From positions 1 to 39,311 of the IMG/VR virus record IMGVR_UViG_3300042923_000153: a stretch of DNA of 39,311 nt; one strand, 5' to 3'. Below, piece by piece: positions 35,337 to 39,311 of this stretch. The notes beneath the pieces are model-generated. The model did no database searches. It had not been told where the DNA came from and was given only the letters and a program-made list of their open reading frames with translations. A program made the translations under genes and the position numbers. How positions within the stretch are numbered: the first letter of the stretch is position 1; each line of letters begins with the position of its first letter. This DNA comes from a virus (taxonomy: Duplodnaviria > Caudoviricetes).

Positions 35337-35340
35337 CTAC

Positions 35341-35568
35341 TCACTCTGCCTCCCCATCAGTACAATAATCCCAATCTCTACCCCATTTAGTTGCTATACT
35401 TTTAGGATATAACTCATACGCACCATTCCTCATGTTTACAACCACAATCGGATATCCAAGCTTACTAGCCAGTACTCTTGCTCCTTCGCTCCACTGTTCC
35501 AGCTTACTGGGAGCAGTCACCTTATCTGCCAGTCGCTGAAAGTCTAGGATTTCTTGCTGATCGTTCAT
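35341..35568 (-). CDS. Hypothetical protein
   Basis: RBS AAGGAG; coupled. Confidence 0.55.
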   Translation of the reverse strand: MNDQQEILDFQRLADKVTAPSKLEQWSEGARVLASKLGYPIVVVNMRNGAYELYPKSIATKWGRDWDYCTDGEAE

Positions 35569-35756
35569 GATGGTTGCTCCTTATTAACATTAAGAAGATC
35601 TCCTTTTACTTCAAAATAAATATATCTACTACTTTTCTTAGAAGGTTCTGTTATCCCGTGCTTAGCAAGGATATTTTTAACAAATCTATATTGTGATAAT
35701 GAAACCTTAATCCTCGTATACCTCTCTCCGGCTATTTCAAACAATTTCATTTCCAT
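35565..35756 (-). CDS. Hypothetical protein
   Basis: ORF in operon. Confidence 0.55.
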   Translation of the reverse strand: MEMKLFEIAGERYTRIKVSLSQYRFVKNILAKHGITEPSKKSSRYIYFEVKGDLLNVNKEQPS

Positions 35757-35918
35757 CCTACTTCCCCTCCATCCTCTTCTTCAAAAACTCCACAGCCATA
35801 CTAGCATCACTAAACCCACGGTCATACTCATCTACATTCCTAATATTCACCTTGCACAATAACCCAACTATCACACCTATGATAAACGCTACCAGTCCGA
35901 TGATTGCGTATTCCATGG

Positions 35919-36275
35919 TTATTCCTCCTTGATTAATAGGTCTGCATTTTGGTGGATGTTGCCGATTACCTCGACCGCTGGCTCTTGTCCGACGTACACG
36001 ATTTTTCTTTCTCTTTCAATCGTGAACCCTAAAAATCTGCCGTTATTTTCATCCCATTCCACAACTGCCACCACACCATTTCTGGTTTTAAATATATCAC
36101 CCTCATAAATCTCCACGCCGTTTTTATCTTTTAATCCTGTGTACTGCATTACAGAATCAAAAGGTGCATCATTATAATCCTCATAGTCTCTACCGCTTCT
36201 AAATGTCTTTCCATCTGCAAGTATTGGATTGTACATTTTAGTTCCATCCCACGCCCTGAATTTAATCTCCCTCAC
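35919..36275 (-). CDS. YopX-family protein
   Basis: REIKFRAWD...MQYTGLKDKNGVEIYEGDI...EVIGNIHQN. Confidence 0.92.
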   Translation of the reverse strand: MREIKFRAWDGTKMYNPILADGKTFRSGRDYEDYNDAPFDSVMQYTGLKDKNGVEIYEGDIFKTRNGVVAVVEWDENNGRFLGFTIERERKIVYVGQEPAVEVIGNIHQNADLLIKEE

Positions 36276-36289
36276 AATTACAGCCTCCC

Positions 36290-36523
36290 CTAATGTTTTC
36301 TCAACGTCCTCACCGCAAACCCATTCTCAATCATGTCTTCCTTGCTTTTAAATCCGTGGCGATTTGCATGTACATATGTCAATACTTCCTCACCACAAAT
36401 AGTACATTTATACCGTTTCGCCCTTGGTGATTTATCATATTTAGAAGGTACGGTATTGCCTATTTGCAAGTACCTCTCTGTGTTACACGCTTGTACTCCT
36501 GCATATCTGCTTAATCTAGACAT
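36290..36523 (-). CDS. Zinc-finger protein
   Basis: CTICG....YVHANRHG. Confidence 0.6.
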   Translation of the reverse strand: MSRLSRYAGVQACNTERYLQIGNTVPSKYDKSPRAKRYKCTICGEEVLTYVHANRHGFKSKEDMIENGFAVRTLRKH

Positions 36524-36702
36524 GTTAAACCTCCATAATACAACCTCTCAATTTCGCGATTTAAGCGTTTTAATTTACGCTTGTATGTGTTTCTATGTCT
36601 ACCATTTAAAGTAACGTCTGTGATTAAATTTGACCGTTTCTCTTGCATTTCTATAATCGAGTTCCTATTCTTATTTCCAGTAAGCCAGTCCATAATCAAC
36701 AC
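36511..36702 (-). CDS. Hypothetical basic protein
   Basis: Coupled to the helicase gene. Confidence 0.55.
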   Translation of the reverse strand: MLIMDWLTGNKNRNSIIEMQEKRSNLITDVTLNGRHRNTYKRKLKRLNREIERLYYGGLTCLD

Positions 36703-37964
36703 TCCCCAATAAAATCCATCTTTTCACCATTGAATTTTAAAAGTATCTTACCTTTCGGACCATTACGATTTTTATCAATAACCAGGAAGTAATTGTATCC
36801 GCCTTTTTTCTCGTACTCTTTGCGATTAGCCTCATTCATTTCTTGCAGATACATAAACAAATCTGCCTCATTTTTGATAGCCTTTGCTCCCTCTAACTTT
36901 TCCTCTTCTGTTAATTGAGCAAGCATGATAACAGTTATTCCTAACCTTTGCGCTAATGTCTTTAGCTTCTTAGCTATTGACCGCATAACCTGATACTCTT
37001 TAAGCTTTGGATCTGTCGTTTCCATTCTGCCGATATAGTCAACAATCAGTACCTTTATACCCTTTTGCGACTTAAATTTATTAGCTACGGATATTACTTG
37101 ATCAACCGTTAGCTCCGGCAGGGTAACATTATAAAATTTACTTTGTGACATCAGTGTGAGGTTTTCGGCTAATGCATCTACTTGGCAAGGTTGTAGGTTC
37201 CCTGTAGCTATGTCACTATACTTGATACTCGCATGTTCCCTAGTAATCAATGCTGCAAGCCTGATATCTATTTGCTGCTCATTCATTTCAGTATTTACAT
37301 ACAGCAGCTCATATTTCTGCATAATTGCTATATCTCTTGATAAGTTTAGAGAAAATGCGGTTTTACCTCTGCCAGTCTCAGCACCTAGAATTATTAACTC
37401 TCCTGGCTGGAACCCACCGTTTATGATCTTGTTCAGCTTGCCGTAAGATGTTTTTATTCCTCCGCTAGACTTGTTATTTACTCGATCAACGATGGTAGTT
37501 AATATACTTGTAGCTCTTTCTTCCGGTGTGACAATATGTACATCTGTTGTCTCTACGTTAATCCCATAAACTTTATCTTGTAGTTCTGATAATATTTCGT
37601 TAATATCATCACCATCTAACAGGCGTCTAGAAGTTTGTTCAGCAATGTTTTGCAATTCAAAAGCCTTATGATTGTTTCTTAGCTTGTCAATCACATACTC
37701 AAACTCGCCTCTAGTGCAAAACGACTGGCTTACCATCAACCATTTAGTATGGTTCTGAACAAGAATAGGCTTTATTTCTTCATACACTGTTACAAGACTA
37801 ACCGTTTTACCATCAGAGTACATTGACTTGATTGTCTCAAATATGATCCGGTTCATTTTATTTGAAAAATACTCTTGTTTTATATCTGCTATAGCCATAT
37901 CTAAGCATTGAGGATAGGAACATATAGCGTTTAATGATTTCGCCTCTAAGTCTAAGTCAATCAA
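36696..37964 (-). CDS. dnaB: Replicative DNA helicase, DnaB family
   Basis: GAETGRGKT, NTEM, IVDY, LAQL, IDKNRNG. Confidence 0.92.
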   Translation of the reverse strand: MIDLDLEAKSLNAICSYPQCLDMAIADIKQEYFSNKMNRIIFETIKSMYSDGKTVSLVTVYEEIKPILVQNHTKWLMVSQSFCTRGEFEYVIDKLRNNHKAFELQNIAEQTSRRLLDGDDINEILSELQDKVYGINVETTDVHIVTPEERATSILTTIVDRVNNKSSGGIKTSYGKLNKIINGGFQPGELIILGAETGRGKTAFSLNLSRDIAIMQKYELLYVNTEMNEQQIDIRLAALITREHASIKYSDIATGNLQPCQVDALAENLTLMSQSKFYNVTLPELTVDQVISVANKFKSQKGIKVLIVDYIGRMETTDPKLKEYQVMRSIAKKLKTLAQRLGITVIMLAQLTEEEKLEGAKAIKNEADLFMYLQEMNEANRKEYEKKGGYNYFLVIDKNRNGPKGKILLKFNGEKMDFIGEC

Positions 37965-38743
37965 AATATCTGCATCTCCTCACTCTTTGGCTTGTTGCCA
38001 AATAATTTTTGCTGTGTAATTGGGTAGATATCTGTCCAGCTACTCATTACGGATTGATTAAGTATGTCAATTTGCACAGATTCACTTAAAGAAAGTTTTT
38101 TTAGTTTACCAAGCATCAACTTAACAGCGTTATCTGTCATTTCTTTTTTGAGTTTTTTTCTCATTTCGATAAACGAATTAATGGCTTCTATCAAATCAAA
38201 ACTACTTGTAAAATCAGCTATATATTTTTCTTTATCATTCTTTTCCTTCTTGTTTATATGTACTGACTGTTGTCTGACTGTTGTTTTACTGTTACTTTGG
38301 GCGTTACTTTCACCGTTACTTTTATTATCTTTTTCTTGATAAACATCCCAATTTATAAGGCTTACAAGTGTATACTGTCTGTTACTTTCACCGTTACTTA
38401 CAATGATCATTTTTTTGTTTTTCAACCATTTCAATATTTCTGCTATAGTTCTAGGATTAGGTTCTTTCAATATCCCTCTTTCGTACCATGCAACGCCCTC
38501 TGCTATTTTTCTAATACTTGTAATTCTCTCGCCTGGCTTAACCAAAACTGTTGTTCCATCTCGCAAAGGTACGTTTGCCTCTGTATGATTTACGTTGTAT
38601 TTCAACCATTGCCAAACCCTATGGTAAAGTGGTGGCATTAACCACACTTCACTTTCTAACTCTTGGCGATAGTCTTTAATGAATCCAGCAATTTTTACCA
38701 CCACCCACGCATATTCCCCACCACATCGGCGCATACTATCCAA
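37961..38743 (-). CDS. Lytic replication initiator (lambda O/DnaD-like); true start probably near 38690-38704
   Basis: GFIKDYR N-terminus, wHTH, YTLVSLINW..YQ, internal iterons, F.EMRKK.KK.MT C-terminal domain; upstream of the helicase. Confidence 0.8.
   Translation of the reverse strand: MDSMRRCGGEYAWVVVKIAGFIKDYRQELESEVWLMPPLYHRVWQWLKYNVNHTEANVPLRDGTTVLVKPGERITSIRKIAEGVAWYERGILKEPNPRTIAEILKWLKNKKMIIVSNGESNRQYTLVSLINWDVYQEKDNKSNGESNAQSNSKTTVRQQSVHINKKEKNDKEKYIADFTSSFDLIEAINSFIEMRKKLKKEMTDNAVKLMLGKLKKLSLSESVQIDILNQSVMSSWTDIYPITQQKLFGNKPKSEEMQIF
38264..38400. repeat. Iterons of the lytic origin inside the initiator gene
   Basis: GTTACTT(T/A) at 38291, 38303, 38315, 38381, 38393; TGACTGTTGT twice near 38264-38284; AT-rich flank. 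Confidence 0.7.
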
Positions 38744-38770
38744 AAGGGGAGAAGTTCCCCTAATGATAGA

Positions 38771-39298
38771 TCAAAATGGAATTTCTTCTTCAGGGAAGAC
38801 TTCTGTGCCAAATGATCTGACATCATATCCATTTACTTCTAATTTAAGTTTCTTGAATTCTGGTATATCTACACCTTTCTTTATTTCTTCAATACTTCTG
38901 GTTGAATGGACATATAATCTTTTGCCAATAGATTGATCGTTTTTCCTATACTCTTCTTCTCCTAAAACAACGCCTACTAACTTACCTACAAGTTGCTTTT
39001 CATCATTTTTGAATATAAAGTTGCTATTCGAGTTTTTAATTGCTGTTAAGAATCCTTTAAACATTGATTGTGCCTTTTCTTTATATGATCTAATAAAACT
39101 TCCACCCCAAAAATTCTTTGCTTCGTACAATCCTTGGTAATGGTTTGCAAATTCACCTTCTGCAATGTCGTATTCAATCTTTAGATACTCTTTTTCTGGT
39201 ACGTCAACCGCTGTAACAATCATCGCTGTATATCCACCTGGCGCCAGTTTTTTAAATTCCTGTTGGTCTGGTACGTTATTCCAATTAATGTTTTTCAT
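38771..39298 (-). CDS. DUF669-like ssDNA-binding protein
   Basis: L.PGGY...I, LVGKLVGVV..EEEY, acidic tail ending EEEIPF. Confidence 0.75.
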   Translation of the reverse strand: MKNINWNNVPDQQEFKKLAPGGYTAMIVTAVDVPEKEYLKIEYDIAEGEFANHYQGLYEAKNFWGGSFIRSYKEKAQSMFKGFLTAIKNSNSNFIFKNDEKQLVGKLVGVVLGEEEYRKNDQSIGKRLYVHSTRSIEEIKKGVDIPEFKKLKLEVNGYDVRSFGTEVFPEEEIPF

Positions 39299-39311
39299 GT
39301 TGTTTATCCCC
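39081..39311. repeat. Terminal direct repeat, right copy
   Basis: Matches 1-231 with one mismatch; implies a 39,080 bp unit genome. Confidence 0.97.

Larger units (their letters stand above)
1..39311. mobile_element. Complete temperate podovirus-like phage, probably a phage-plasmid
   Basis: Replication, packaging, head, short tail, ejection, lysis and regulatory modules all present; Rep+ParA module; no integrase recognised. Confidence 0.85.

Overview
The window is very probably a complete ~39.08 kb circularly permuted temperate phage genome: bases 1-231 repeat at 39081-39311 with one mismatch. Nearly all genes are on the minus strand. Firmicute-type signals (GGAGG RBSs, Gram-positive LexA box, ArpU, YopX, a Prp-type cleavage motif) occur with a P22/podovirus-like virion (P22-type portal, N4-gp56-type capsid, adaptor/nozzle, three ejection proteins, no tape measure) and a candidate outer-membrane lysis protein, suggesting a diderm Firmicute (Negativicutes) host; this is inference. 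I found no integrase or HTH/S24 CI repressor. Instead there is a plasmid maintenance module (Rep with an antisense-RNA/attenuator leader, ParA plus small partner, degenerate hexamer repeats, a Xer dif/cer-like site), so it is probably a phage-plasmid. Most notable: (i) a switch built from divergent ribbon-helix-helix proteins plus a LexA-box-controlled small convergent gene (candidate SOS antirepressor); (ii) a lysis protein with an N-terminal membrane anchor and a C-terminal YadA-like beta-anchor (candidate new one-component spanin); (iii) an ejection protein with an L27/Prp-like N-terminal motif; (iv) an ADP-ribosyltransferase domain in the largest ejection protein, next to an opposite-strand membrane gene placed like P22 sieA; (v) a RepL-like cassette with palindromic operators between terS and terL. 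All family assignments come from motif recognition by eye, not database searches.
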